In this document: one piece after another, positions 13,546-26,400 of the stretch | Position numbering within the stretch: the stretch's first letter is position 1 | Layout: the number at the start of each line of letters is the position of its first letter | NCBI GenBank assembly: GCA_977017645.1 | Contig: OZ360230.1 | Span: 16,802,001 to 16,866,000 of the forward strand | Direction of reading: 5' to 3' | DNA length: 64,000 nucleotides | Source of the DNA: Torpedo marmorata | Lineage: Eukaryota | Translations under genes and position numbers: made by a program | Notes under the pieces: generated by a model | The model's database searches: none | What the model saw: the letters and a program-made list of their open reading frames with translations, nothing else | Told to the model about the DNA's origin: nothing

Positions 13546-15083
13546 TGAAAATTGCATTGACAGGAATAAATAATGAAACACATACAGTGTTCAATCAAAA
13601 CCGGACAATGTGCATGGTTGTTACGTTCTGCTTAACTTAAAAACATTGTTTGTTTGCTTTAATGTAACCTCTTCTTCAGCATTTCCTTGGAAATGAGGAT
13701 AATGTTTCCAGAATCTATAGATTCTGGAGTAACTGAATGAGGAAACTGAAGATTAGGCCACAGGTGGGGCAAGACATATGTGGCAAAATGGATGGGTAAG
13801 TTATTTGGGAGGTGCTATGTTCCTACTGCCTTTAGCTCTGGATTTCTATGAGTCTGACAAATGGACTTGTAGTTCTCTGTCCAATCCCGATTGGTCCTTC
13901 TCAACTTTGAATGTTCATGGGCTCCAAGCTTCCTTTTTCTCAATCAATTAAAGGCTGCGCTGGAACACTGAAAGAATTATGTCAGATGCCTGTCTTTGCT
14001 AGGAAATGGTTGCCAGGATATTGGAAGTAGTCACGTAATATAAGATCTTGCAATGAATCCTTTTTGTCAGAGGGTGGTGTTATACAGTGGGGCAGGTTGG
14101 AAGATGACCTTTGATTTTTAGCTATTGAGTGTGACACATCCTCCCATCAGCTTCAGTGAGAAAGTGAGTGTTGCTGTTGAAAGCATCAGTCTAAAAAGAT
14201 CTGTGTGTTCAGAAATGTTTGTGTCCAAATTGTATATTTTTTTAAATTTCACCTGGTGGAATTATTTCATCTGTAAAATGACAATTGAATTATTCGAGGA
14301 AGATTAACTTGAAACATTTTAGTATTTTTTTCTTCAGTTTTGCAAACAAATGTATTTTGGAGAGAGCCGAGTGTTTTGGCTGTTTTAAAAAAAAAATTAA
14401 TCCAGGCTGAAGTGGATGAAGTTGCACCGTAGACTCTACATTAGTTCCATGCACTTGCTACACAGAATATTGATTAACTGTTAACAATATTGATTAAGAA
14501 TTGATTAACTGGAAACTGTTAACAATAACTGAGAATTCAAAACAGCAAAATCCATTCTTTTTGGCAGGTTCTATCATTTCAAAATTTCTAAATTCAGAGT
14601 TCCACCAGTGTAAAGGCTTGCAAGCGCCACATGTGAGTTTATAGTCAGTAAATATTGAACAATCTTCTGTTTTTATCTCAAACATGTTTCTCCATTTTAT
14701 GTTTAGTTTAAATTGGGAGGAAAAATTGAGAAGTGTTGTAAAGAAAGTATCTGGAATGAGATTTATTAACAAAAATGTTTTAAACAGATAGGAAAAATAT
14801 TTGGAGTTATGGTAGTCTTATAAACATCAAACGACGTCATAGCTTCGCATAGTAATGACTGATTGATATTTCAACTAAATGAAATGTCACAGATCTGAAA
14901 CCCATTTGACTGCAATAATAAATAAGGCACATCTTGAATTTAAACCTTCCTTTATTTTAGCAATATGAACATCTTGTGAACCCTGAACGTTGCTTCTCTC
15001 TACACATATGCTAGATGACTAGTTGAGTGTCTCCAGAATTTGCCATTTTTATTTTTGATTCTCTGCAGTTTCAGTATTTAATT

Positions 15084-15305
15084 CAACCATTCTCAATGGG
15101 GGCCAAAAGCACATTTAAACGGGGGTGGAGTGGGGGTGGGGGGGGGAGAGGCGCGGACTGAAATCATAAAAAAAAATTTATGTTTTTTTATGTAGTCAGT
15201 AGGAGAGAAGTATGGAATTTGACTGTTCTACAGGGAAGGGGCCCCATAAACTTTGAGCAGAGTCCTAAGGGGGCCACAGCCAAAATAAAAGATTGAGAAT
15301 GACTG
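15084..15305. mobile_element. hAT-type MITE (degenerate)
   Basis: TIRs CAACCATTCTCAAT / ATTGAGAATGACTG. Imperfect 8-bp TSD atttaatt / attaagtt. Confidence 0.65.
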
Positions 15306-15752
15306 ATTAAGTTGCTTGAATGGATAACTTCAATGTAAATTATTTGACATGTATTTAGGAGAGAAACGGGAAACTTGCAGACAAGTGTACTGGCAACGTA
15401 AGTGTTGTTAGTGAAACACTCAGTGTGAAAGTAGCTTCAGTAATGTAAAGGAGAGTGCTGAATCATGTCTGTGATAATGTGTGCAGTTTCTATGATTTCG
15501 TCTCTTCAGAGCATTTTCAAGATAAAAGTCATCTATTCCTCAGTACGATGAAGGTAGATTTCTCTACTAAAATATTTTAAAACTTACAATTTTCTTTATT
15601 TATTACAATGGGTGATCACACTTGTTAGTTACCGATTATTTCCCCTTTTGAACTTCTGTGTCCTATTTAATGTGGGTTTTTTTTCTTATAATTTGCACTG
15701 TTCCGAGCAAAAGATAAATCGTTAAGCCTAAGTATTAAAGGTCTATTTAGGA

Positions 15753-15920
15753 CAGGGGTGGCCAACCTTTTAATTTAGACATACAGCACGGTAACAGCGT
15801 TTCGGCCCACGAGTACGTACCGGGGGTGTAGGTTAATTGGGTGGCACGGACTCGTGGGCCGAAATGGCCTGTTACCGTGCTGTATGTCTACATTAAAAAT
15901 TAAAAGGTTGGCCACCCCTG
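15753..15920. mobile_element. hAT (Charlie-like) MITE, 168 bp, whose interior is made of inverted SINE 3' tails
   Basis: TIRs CAGGGGTGGCCAACCTTTTAATT / AATTAAAAGGTTGGCCACCCCTG. Perfect 8-bp TSD ATTTAGGA (15745-52, 15921-28). Confidence 0.92.
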
Positions 15921-16102
15921 ATTTAGGAAGTTTGCAATTTGACCCCGAGCAGAAAAAGAATTCTGCAAGAATACATTTTAATTCGAACAATGTGGTTATA
16001 TTGTAGCTCCCTCAGATCTGCATGGCGAATGCACAGTGACAGGGCTCAGCTTCTCCATTCACCAACGTCAGAGTATACGCCAAGTCACCTTTCCGTTGAT
16101 GA

Positions 16103-16366
16103 ACACAAATGCTGGAGAACTCAGCAGGTCAAACAGTGTCTTTTATGTAGCAAAGGTAGAAATACATAACCGACGTTTCAGGCTTGAGCCCTTCTTCAAA
16201 GTATGAGAAAATGCCGGCAGGCATTTGATGAAGGGCTCAAGCCTGAAACGTCGGTTATGTATTTCTACCTTTGCTACATAAAAGACACTGTTTGACCTGC
16301 TGAGTTCTCCAGCATTTGTGTTTTTTACTACATTATTACGGTGTCTACAGATTTTCGTGTTTACTT
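16103..16366. mobile_element. Fold-back non-autonomous Penelope-derived element with a hammerhead-like core in each arm
   Basis: Inverted arms of ~98 bp (16103-16200 / 16224-16322, one mismatch seen), then a unique 3' tail to 16366. Perfect 14-bp TSD CTTTCCGTTGATGA (16089-16102, 16367-16380). Confidence 0.85.
16225..16255 (+). ncRNA. Minimal (Penelope-type) hammerhead ribozyme motif; mirror copy on minus strand at 16172-16199
   Basis: UUGAUGA-A-[GGGC UCAA GCCU]-GAAAC-GUC gives the core boxes, a 4-bp stem II, a palindromic ACGU in place of stem III and a GUC triplet. C3 is U and stem I is weak, so activity is unproven. Confidence 0.55.
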
Positions 16367-18504
16367 CTTTCCGTTGATGAGCAGACAGCCAAACTTCTGA
16401 GTTGGCCTCGAGAGACCAAAGAGGGGGTTTGTCTCTCACCACAGCCCTGGATGACTGTCTCGCCATCCATTCACAGAGCTTAATACGTGTGAAATATCTT
16501 GAGTGTGTAGATAAGACCATTGGCATTCTACAAACAATGGAAGCTACCACCGCTACCCCCTCATTCTCTAGACATTGTCCCTTTCCACCCTCTCAAAAAC
16601 TGCACGAAAGCTGTGCTCCACAGTGCCAAAGACGAGGCGCTGATTTGCCCCGGCGGCCTCCTGCCGCTGCAGTGAGCTGATTCCTTGTTTGCGATGGAAG
16701 GAATGCGGCTCAAGCCACAGAAGTGCGCTCAAGTTCAATCTCATTAATGGCCCGTCTTTTGCAATAACAACTTATAGTTTGCTCTACTTTAGAGTTATTT
16801 ATTTCCATAACAAGCATTCTATTCTCACGTGCGTTGGTTATTTTTCAACACGTTAGGTGGCGCAAGCGGTTTAGGATTGAACTGGCATTCCCTTTCCTGT
16901 CTGAACTGGCTTCTGCAAACACATCGAGAGACAAAAAAAAAAACCATGTTTGGCAACGCGTTAACAACATGCTCCGGATGCAACCTTCCCCTGCGTTCCA
17001 GATTCCTTTATTCCGTGGTCCCTGTCCCAGCGACTGTGTACAAGTTACTGATGATGACTCATCTGTTATCTGGGTTTGCCAGTCGGATTCCCGTGCACAC
17101 ACAAGTGAGATGATTCTGTGTTCATTGCTCAGAGAGACTGAATCAACTGCCGGAACCATGGTCTAGTACACATCTCCCCCGCAATGCCATTAGAAATACA
17201 CCTGGATATTTGTTTTCCTAAAAGGTTTGCAATGGATTTTATGACGTTTTATCACAACCACTTTTCCCTCTTGCACTTGAAACAATGATTGGTATTTAGA
17301 AGAGATGTTTGGGCAATCTGATCACTGTGACGTCTGATATATTAGTTTTTTATAATGGACAGCCAAGAAGAAATAAAACCCAGTGTATCGTTAAAGAGTT
17401 GACTGGGGGCACAAAGAACACGAAACACTTCACCCTTTAATCCAGACGCCCAACAAACCTCACCCTTCTATCTTTGATCATTTGGTGTTAAGTTTTTGGG
17501 AGGAATTTTCTACACTGCAACTTTTCGGTCCCCGTTTCAACAAAATAAGCATTACACGAGACTGCCTTCATGTCAAATTTCTCGCGTATTTAAATCTCTC
17601 TGAAGATTTGTAATCACTGCTATCCTGTTGCCCATCGTCCAATCCGAAAATTATTCGGATCGAAAGTTTAGCAACCCTTCCCCACCCACATTTCTTTTCC
17701 ATTTGTAAAGGACACAGAAGTTGTTGAACTGAAATTCAGACTGCAGTTGAGAAATTTCCCAGAGCAGCCTCTGAATATCTAGCTTGGCATGAAGTGGGTT
17801 GTAGTTTTATATCTTATTCGTTTCACTTTCCATTTCTAAGATTATTCCGTTATAAAGATGTAAAGGTTGTTACTGGTGGCTCTTTGTCCTCCGCCTTCGT
17901 GGAAATCACCTGATTTTATTTACGCCCCTCTACCCCATCTCAGACTGTTAATTCATCAATTTTTATTCCATTTCTTCTGCAAATTGATTTTCAGCTGGAC
18001 AAGATGTCTTCTTGGTAAGAGATGGCCTGTTTATGTGTGGGATATCGCGTAGAGAACACAGAATACATATGGATTTTGCTAACTATCATTCCAAACAACC
18101 AACACCACTCATGTGACCAGTTAAGTGAGTTGGCAAGGATCTGCCAAATGGAGTGTAATTTGGAAAATGAGAAATTATCCGTTGCCAGGAAAATAAATTA
18201 TAAAATTTCACATTAAGTAAATGGCGAAAGATGGCAAAGGTCTGCTTTGCAGAGAGATCTGTGTGTCAGAGAGCAAGGTTTGTTGATACAGAAATTAATT
18301 AGGAAAGTCAAGGGAATTGCTTGGGGAATTGAATTGAAAAGAAGAAAGGTTTTACTTCAGTTTTACAAGGCATTTGTGACACCACATCTTGAGTACCGTG
18401 TTCAATATTGGTGTCCTTATTAAGAAGAATGTTTAATGCATTAGAAGCAGTTCAGAGAAGGTTTACCAGACTAATTCCCAGTATTGGGAATCAAGAACAA
18501 ACTG

Positions 18505-18735
18505 TGGAAGCTCGAAATATGAAACAAAACAGAAAATGTTGGAAAGGTTAGTCAGACAGCATCTGTGGAAAAACAAATCGTCAACAGTTGACTCCTCTCA
18601 GTTGCTATTCATACAAACCTGTTTCTCTTTTACTCCATTCTGCTGAAGAGTCTTTGATCTGAAACATTAAATGTTTCTCTTTCTGCATTAACTATCCGAG
18701 AAGCCGATTTTCTGGAACATTTTCTATTTTTATTC
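18505..18735. mobile_element. Old fold-back Penelope-tail element
   Basis: An inverted tail copy (gaaacaaaacagaaaatgttgg..cagacagcatctgtgg) is followed by a direct tail copy with ctgaagagtctttgatctgaaacatt. Confidence 0.5.
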
Positions 18736-18899
18736 CTGGAACAGGCAAGTTATTTTATGTGGAAAGATTGGATAGGCTAGGATTGCATTTGCTGGAGTTT
18801 GGAAGAACCAAAGGAAATTCATGAGAACAACCTGAGAATGTTGACAGGGTGGTTGTGTGGAGAGGATGTTGCCCTTGATAATTATAATAATGGTAAGGA

Positions 18900-19250
18900 G
18901 TTTATATACATTGTGCAATGTGCAAATCAACATTCTTACTTGCTGCAGCTGAACAAGTACTTTGCGAAAAATCAACAACAATAGTATACTTAATTGAATT
19001 AAAAAGAAACAATAAGTACAAAAAAAAAGATAATAAATATTCAGTTATACCAGTGCAAAAGGGTGACTTAGCAATAGTGCAGACAGTCCTTTTGTGGTGT
19101 TGGAGCAGTCCCTGATTAGTGTAACAAGGGGAGTTTCAAGAGCCTGATAGCTGTTGGAAAGAAATTGTTCTTGAACTTACAAGTGCTGGTCTTCACGTTT
19201 CTGTACCTTCTGCCCAAAGGTAAGCAGTAAGATGAGGATCTGACCAGGGT
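18900..19250 (-). mobile_element. Rex1/Babar LINE 3' fragment (old)
   Basis: Minus strand encodes LPLGRRYRNVKTSTCKFKNNFFPTAIRLL, the Rex1 C-terminus. Confidence 0.7.
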
Positions 19251-22200
19251 TTCTTTTGTGGAAGAATCAACTATTGTTGTTTGCAAATAAGGAATTGCCT
19301 GCTTTGGTGGGGGGGGGGGGGGGGGTGAGAATTTGTAAATCTCTTCCTCCAAGGGTCATGGAAACAAAGCCTGTATATTAAAAAAAAAACACATTGATAG
19401 ATACTGGATAAGCACGGGAATGAAACATTACTATGGGCAACTGAGAATGCAGAGTTGCGTTGCAATGTCATCATCTACGATCTCATTAAAAGGCGGAGCA
19501 AGGTGAAGAGCCCGAGTGACCCACTTTCCTGCTCCGAATTCGTACGTTCGTATTCCTCCTTGTATTTACTGTCAACATCCCGCTCAATTGTATGTGCGAT
19601 GCTGAGTTTGTTTTAGGTGATTTTATGTTAACTTCAGTTGCAATGGTTTTGTTATGCTTCATTGTCCTTCAATGCAAATAACAAGTTACGCATGAGGGTT
19701 ACCACCTGTAAAGTCGGAAGTGTTGGACGTGTGCCTGATTGTGAGTTCTCTCACGGTAGCTACAGAAATACAGACATGCGCGAACAGAAGGAGGTGGGGG
19801 GGGGGGGGGGTTCTCGGGACGTACCCTCCCAATCTGAAATAATAACACTTTTAACCAAACTGCGACTGACGCGTACTTTATACTCGACTACAACTGATTA
19901 TAAAGTTAAAGGTTAATTGATTGACACGTGAAAATTGGCAAAGGGAACCTATTACGCACCTGTATTACAAAGGCTGTTCCATCGGTATAACGTAAGATTT
20001 GACAAACGCAGCGCACTTAAACATTCTCTTTAATATTTGAAGCCTGTACGCTAATACTTTCTTCAGAAATAAAGATTATTTTCAGACATTGCTTTCGGTG
20101 CATAGTTTGAAATCCTTCGTAGGCGTAATGCGAGTGACGGTCAGAGATTTGATGACTTCTTGTTAGTGAAGGAATACACCATTCAGCTGACTCACGCACA
20201 TCCAGGTGACGAATTGTTCCTGTTTGTTGCTCACCTATCTTATTGATTCCAATAATCAGAGTAAAAGTAGCAATTGTTAAGACAAGAGATCATTGAATTA
20301 TGAATTTCTGAAAAAAAACTCTCCTCTTGTGTGGAATTGCACATTTTATATCGAAAGTCAACGTCCTTAATTCATTTTGAATAAATGATCATGCATATTT
20401 CAGATAAAGGCAAACAATACACTAGGACTAGATTATTTACTTTCACTTCTAACATTATTAAACTATCCATCGATAATATGATAACAATCTGACAAAATAG
20501 TTTATCATACATGATACTCACATCAAAACGATAGTCTGAACGATTCCTTATGGGGTCATATAAATTGCCATAATAATTGTATTGATGGCAGCAGCACCGT
20601 TTTGCACATAAATGTGGATAATGTCTTCTTTTTCAGTATGGAAAAATAGTTTTCAGAACACTTCCTATTGTCCATCTTACTTTTAGCACTTTGTAGCGTC
20701 CCTTTGCATTAAGTTTTGTTCCTATCTATGGGGGGATCATTCTGTGAAGAAGGAAAACAAACTCATATGTGCTTTTTAAAAAATCTTTCGAGTATTCTGG
20801 CTGCTTCAATATCCGAAACTTTAATTCAATAGCAGACTCTATTTCCTGCTTTAATCATTTAGAAGAACAATAATTTCCACAAGGACTTGAAGTGATCATT
20901 CGACAGGTTAAATTAAACCTAAAAGTGCAGGCCTTAAATGTTTATAGTCTCCAGAAATGCTTCGAGTTGGGAGCAATCTTCTTGTGCACTGATTTTCATA
21001 TAAGAATAGAGAAAAGGAATGAAAATAAATGAGGGAGCCAACTCTTAGCTTCTTCTTTCAAAGCTGTGAAGAAATACTGTTTCTGTCAATGGAGATAGTC
21101 GTGTATTTCATTGCCTTAGTGGGGTTTCAAAAAAGAGATGATTTTTAAATTCAAACTTAAACCTGCCTAACTTTGACTTACAAGACCACAGCCATACTGT
21201 TGGAGTCAGACTTGTTTTACTCTGGTAGCTGTTCCATAAAGATATATTTGAAGACAAAATATATGAGAAAAATAAACCAAACGCGGCTAACCTATGGGGA
21301 TTTCTTCATAACTTAAGATTGTCATTTTTGGATTGAGCATCAGTTGCGTGATTTTTGGTTTCAAGAATTGATATTACGAAAAAAACATGAAGGCAATGAT
21401 GTGTGGAACAAACATTGCAGACAAAGTTTAGGTAGAATAGAACAGTTTAAGTACAGCTGTTATACAACAGTGGTGGATGTGACAATTCTGTGATATCATT
21501 GCTTTTAATAAATTGATAAGATGGTCGTTGCTGTAAGCTGTTTATACAGCCGACTGCACTTAATATAGGGCCATTAACCAAACACGTTTAAAACTAAATC
21601 CCCATCTTTATTATTTCTATAGACTTCCATTTGTTAATTACAGAATAAAATGTTTCTTTCTGCTAAAATGTCATTTTCTTGACAGCTCTGACATTTATTT
21701 TAAAATTTAATGTGCTGAGTATTTTTCTACCTGTCAATCTTCAGTCTCAGTATCATACTCCAGGAGTCACGTTCAGTACTGTCCACGTTGTATGAGTCTG
21801 AATCCATTCTTTGCTCAGTTGATTTTATTACTGTATTTAGATGTTCGCAATTGAAGGTCCTTGTAATTGTTGTGAATATTCATTGCATTCAGGAGCGCGT
21901 AATGTGATTAACCTTCAACGATCGTACTTTGTCCATACGCAGAGGGTTTGCTGACAATGTATAAGGATTTTGAGACGTCGAAAAACATTGAAATGTTCTA
22001 AATTGTTATTAGGTGATCTGTGGAGCTGGTTTGCTTCCGACCAGCAAACAGGCGCACACACAAAACATGCAAGGAACACTGGCTGAATCGGACAACTGGA
22101 ACCAACTAACTGCAAAGCGCGAATTTAAGAGGCGAATCGATCTGTTCCTATGTTTCGCAGAACGGTTAGGTACAAATAAACCGCAGTCCGGCGCTGTACT

Positions 22201-23149
22201 CCGAATGTTTCCCGCTCCATTGTTTTCAGCGTAATGGGATGCAATACATGAGTTTTCTTTTGTTTCTTCTAATAAATTATAATTTTATCACATAATATTC
22301 AGGAATATCACAACCTTTGAAATGCTTTGAAAATAAACGTCCTCCCCAGAAAAGGAAGTAGTTTAGTTGCCAAAATAATGGTTCACGGAGAAAATAAATA
22401 TTTTAAAATACTTGTTAAGCCAATTGTGAACACGATTCGGTATCAATAACATAGGCGAAATATTCCAGCAAGGTGAACTTATTGAACAACAAAAAGTTAT
22501 TTTCAGTTTTATTCTGCCTCTATTATTAAAGACTTGTAATTAAAACGAGCGTCAAAGACCCACAAGTCTGTTTTACACCTGAACAGATAGATGAGCCTTA
22601 TTTGTTTAAGGAGCACTTTTGTACTTTACAATAATCCTAATCTTTATCTTTAAGGTTTGGTCGTTGTTAACAATATATGCAAAGAACATATATGCATTTC
22701 GGAAACAATACGGCTTCATTTTAATATCGAGCTATACATATGTATATACCCTGTATANNNNNNNNNNNNNNNNNNNNNNNNNNNNNNNNNNNNNNNNNNN
22801 NNNNNNNNNNNNNNNNNNNNNNNNNNNNNNNNNNNNNNNNNNNNNNNNNNNNNNNNNNNNNNNNNNNNNNNNNNNNNNNNNNNNNNNNNNNGATGTGACA
22901 ATCTGGCGAAGCAACTAATGGGTTTTGGAGATTCCAAACTTGGTGAGATGCCAACATGACTGACGAGATCGATAAACAAATTACAACTATCCCTGCGTAA
23001 TTACCTATTTGTCAATACGTTTTATACACTGTACTGCAGTCAAAAAATCAGCAATATCTCTGTGACCTTTAGTGATTTGAATAGTAAATCAATGAACCTG
23101 GGTGAAGCCTTGCAGATTGTTTTTGTTAAAGAGCTCCTGCACATACCCA

Positions 23150-23433
23150 ATTCTCATGGAGTTCACGAGTGATCGGGTGCTGACGCTGTTGGTGGTCGGC
23201 AGGAGGCGCTCAGAGCACGCACTCCAAGCCTGGGATCGGCGCCCCTCGCAACGCTAAGTCCCTGAGCTTGTGGGCGGACGGCTTTCTGATTGACAGCCCC
23301 ATGACTTTCCCAGCAAGCCGCACTCATTCACTCCTGATTCCTGACGGAGTGCCAGGCGATCGAGAGAGCAGTGTGAGCTCAGCACTGGAATAAGACGAGG
23401 CTAAGGAGAGGGGAAGTGGCCAAGCTTAACATT
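23150..23433 (+). promoter_or_regulatory. Candidate CpG-rich promoter and 5' UTR of the host gene
   Basis: Local CpG/GC enrichment, a GC-box-like GGGCGG (~23272), TGACAG (23291) and an Inr-like CTCATTC (~23323). It lies directly upstream of a strong-Kozak ATG. Confidence 0.55.
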
Positions 23434-23488
23434 ATGGATATCTCGGTGCTTTTGTACCTCTTCTTCCCGCTAACGATGGCAGTTGAAG
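23434..23488 (+). CDS. First coding exon (signal peptide MDISVLLYLFFPLTMAVE+G) of a secretory-pathway protein; best resemblance to EphB-class receptor tyrosine kinase exon 1 (EphB1/EphB2)
   Basis: ATT-ATG-G Kozak context, upstream in-frame TGA at 23374, a hydrophobic 18-aa leader and a strong phase-1 donor AAG|GTAGGA. EphB1/EphB2 exon 1 ends ..AME/AVE-G|gt in the same phase before a very long intron. Exon 2 (ETLMD..TAELGW) was not seen in this window. Confidence 0.6.
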
Positions 23489-26400
23489 GTAGGACAGGCT
23501 GTCTCTTTCAGCGACCCCTGTTAGCCTTAACGTTTGGTGAAACGCAGCAATTTTCATGGGATTTATGCAGGGGATGGAGAATGCATCAAGATCGCGGCAG
23601 CTACATTCAAGTATCTGAGCCCATCTGATAGGAAAACAGAACGATCTTGATATTTTACCTACGTTTTTCGATTAATTCCATCAACGCAAAGCAAGGCTCA
23701 TTGTTACGGACGTATAGTTCATCTGGAAACAGTTGCTCCATAAACTTCGTGTTCGTTACTTCGCAGTTGCTGGTTTCCCGTACCTTTTACGAGTCGTGCA
23801 AGGAATAATACATAGAGTTAACGTTGATCTAGCTGCACAGGGTGAATTTTACACTCGGATGAAACACTCAGGGCGAAATTCCAAGTACGGCAGAGCAGAT
23901 TTTTAGGCTCGAGTGCTGGTGATCGGGTACAGCAACTCATTCCGGGAACCTGCATTTTGAGGATTGCGGGTTGACCGATGGGTTTTTTTTTGTGTGGGTC
24001 GAAGATGTTGCGATCGGATGTGTACCTGGCCGTGTAAAGCCACCCACCCCCTGGAGTTTGTCTTCCCTGTCGAGGCCACTCGCCTGTTCTAGTAATAGCG
24101 ACTGCCACATTAACATGGTCCGCCGAGCTGTACCCTACACTGCACCATTGTTCATTTCGGTGCAAATTTAAACAAGATAAGATAGCGATTGAAAGGGAAG
24201 CTCGAGGGTTTGGAACCTCGGAGCTCGGAAGTGCGCGTTTAATTTATTGCCGTGGTGAGAAGCCACGGTAAACCAAACTCGCAACTTTTCGCGACGGATG
24301 ATAGGAAAATAAAGTTTGGTGACGTTTTATATGTGGATAAATTGAAAATTTAAGTCTCCCCAAAATCCCATGCGGATTTGAAGACTTTTTAAAATCCGAG
24401 TATCAGAATGTCCAGGTATGCTAATTGATTGTATTCCCGAACACCCATGAATGTCAATCATCGTTTGGTATCGTTATAAATTAAATCTCGTTTCCTTCGG
24501 CCTTGTTTTGGAAAACAAGGGTAGGCTGGAATCGTATCCACTGGATACAGTTGACTGCCACGCGGTTTGTCTCAGAACAGATACAGAAGGAAGATTCCTG
24601 GGACATTGTGGGCAAGCTCTTGGTTAGACGTGCGCGCAGACAAAATGGTTTAAAAAATCCGCAGAACGATTATTTGCCTTCGAAATCAGGTTTGATGTGG
24701 CGCCCAGATTTCTTACGATGTCTGTTCAATTGGTCTCAAGTTTTAACTCGACAAGTTGTAAAAGTTAAAATCAAGTCAGCCTATGGAATTTGTAGTTAAG
24801 GAGTCACATCGGCTGTCTTGGTTTTAGATTTCTTTGTGGTACAAGTTTATGTGAGCCGCAGCACAGATTGAAGTTATCTTCTATGTACTCAATGGATTAA
24901 ACAGCTTTAGGTCATAGATGACTGGGTGGAATAGAAATCGGCAGATCCGATATCATATTTTCATTTACGTCAAGGAGTAGCAACGGTCTCGCTCTTGTAA
25001 ATAGTTCTGTAACAATACACACAGCGTGCTGGACCATTGGATAATAAGGCACAATTAGAAATCTCCCCAGGAACAAAATCACAATAGATAGAACAACGCT
25101 TCCTGCGGTAACCCATCTCTGCTGTCATCGAAACATGAATACAAGAGAATAGCATGACCTGGAGAGGTACGAGTGGAGACTATTTGTACCGCAGCGGCGG
25201 TAACAAAGCGAGGTTGTCTCACTGAGAAAATTGATTTACTTCAATCCACAGCTCACACGAAAATATTCCAATTATATATACTTCGCGTGCCAGATTAAGC
25301 ATCATTTCTGTTATGTATTGATCTGGCGAATTGATGCAGCGTTTATTTTTATTGTTTGATCTTCTCCAAAACTGCATTAAAACCCTGGCTTTCCAGGGCG
25401 GAATCATGTAATTAGATACCTCCAGTGCTGAATTGCCAGGAGGTTCACAGAAAGTATGTATAGTCGTGTTAAAGCCCCAACATATCATTTACACTTTACT
25501 TCGCAAAAATCGGGCCAACCATTGCAATTTTGGATTAGGCTGCATCCATGAAAGGCAATGGACAGTCAACGTTGCGGACCGAACCCTTCCATCAGAACTG
25601 ACAAGCGGGCAGAACCACCTTTCGCATTGGGACCTCACCTGGAGAAGGTCTATCCCCAAAACACTCTTTTTCTTTAAAAAAAAAAGAGAAACGCTGGCGC
25701 AGGAAACACTTAAATCTGATATTTGTACATTTCATAACATGGTAGGAATTCAAATTTAGGAAATATTATTACTCATGATAACTATGATTTTAAATTATAT
25801 GCACGCTGACATAACTTTAATCATATAACAATCCTTTTCCGTATTGAATCTAGTAGTAAAACCTTTGCCTTTAAATATTTTTCAGGGATTTTGATTTTTT
25901 TTAATTTCTGCACTGGTTTGCTGAAAGTCGCCCAATCTTGAAGAATCCTAAAATTGACTGCGTCGTTAATTATGATAATTGAGGTTTTAATATTAATTCT
26001 AGAACCATAACTTTTATGTCAAGTAATAAAATTGATAAATATAGACACCGTCAGAAACCAACCCATCCCATATAACAGAGCAATTGGAACCCACTGATCA
26101 CACACACTGGCGAGTCTTTGCCTGGCCGCCCCCAGCCGCGGAGGTGAGGACGCAGAGAATGATTTGCAAGCTGGAACCGGATTGGCAACAACTTTATTGA
26201 GGTAGCAAAAACGTCAGTGGAGAAGGCACATCTTTTGTTGGGCGAAGAGCAGACGAGGCGGTGGAAAAGGAACGCCGGCGCTGCCGCTGAATTTGCCGCA
26301 GGGCGCATGGCGAGGCAGTGAGGCAGTGCTCACACCCGTGTGGTGCCGACCGAGCCCTGGGCTGCGATCAGTCTGAGTGCCCGGTGTCACGGCCCGGGTC

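Larger units (their letters stand above)
18110..19552 (+). mobile_element. Old CR1 LINE remnant (18110-18485 and 3' end ~19340-19552) interrupted by later insertions
   Basis: Degenerate CR1 RT C-terminus (gagtaccgtgttcaatattggtgtcc; gcagttcagagaaggtttaccagactaattcc) and a CR1 tail ending cctgctccgaattcgtacgttcgta. Confidence 0.6.

Noticed and set aside
16402-17166. Cluster of overlapping 90-110 aa ORFs
   Set aside because: No recognisable domain or splice structure. Removing the 16103-16366 insertion does not restore a long ORF.
23301-23393. 30-codon uORF upstream of the signal-peptide ATG
   Set aside because: Weak Kozak context, and it starts upstream of the Inr-like site (~23323), so it may not be transcribed. 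It cannot be supported without TSS data.
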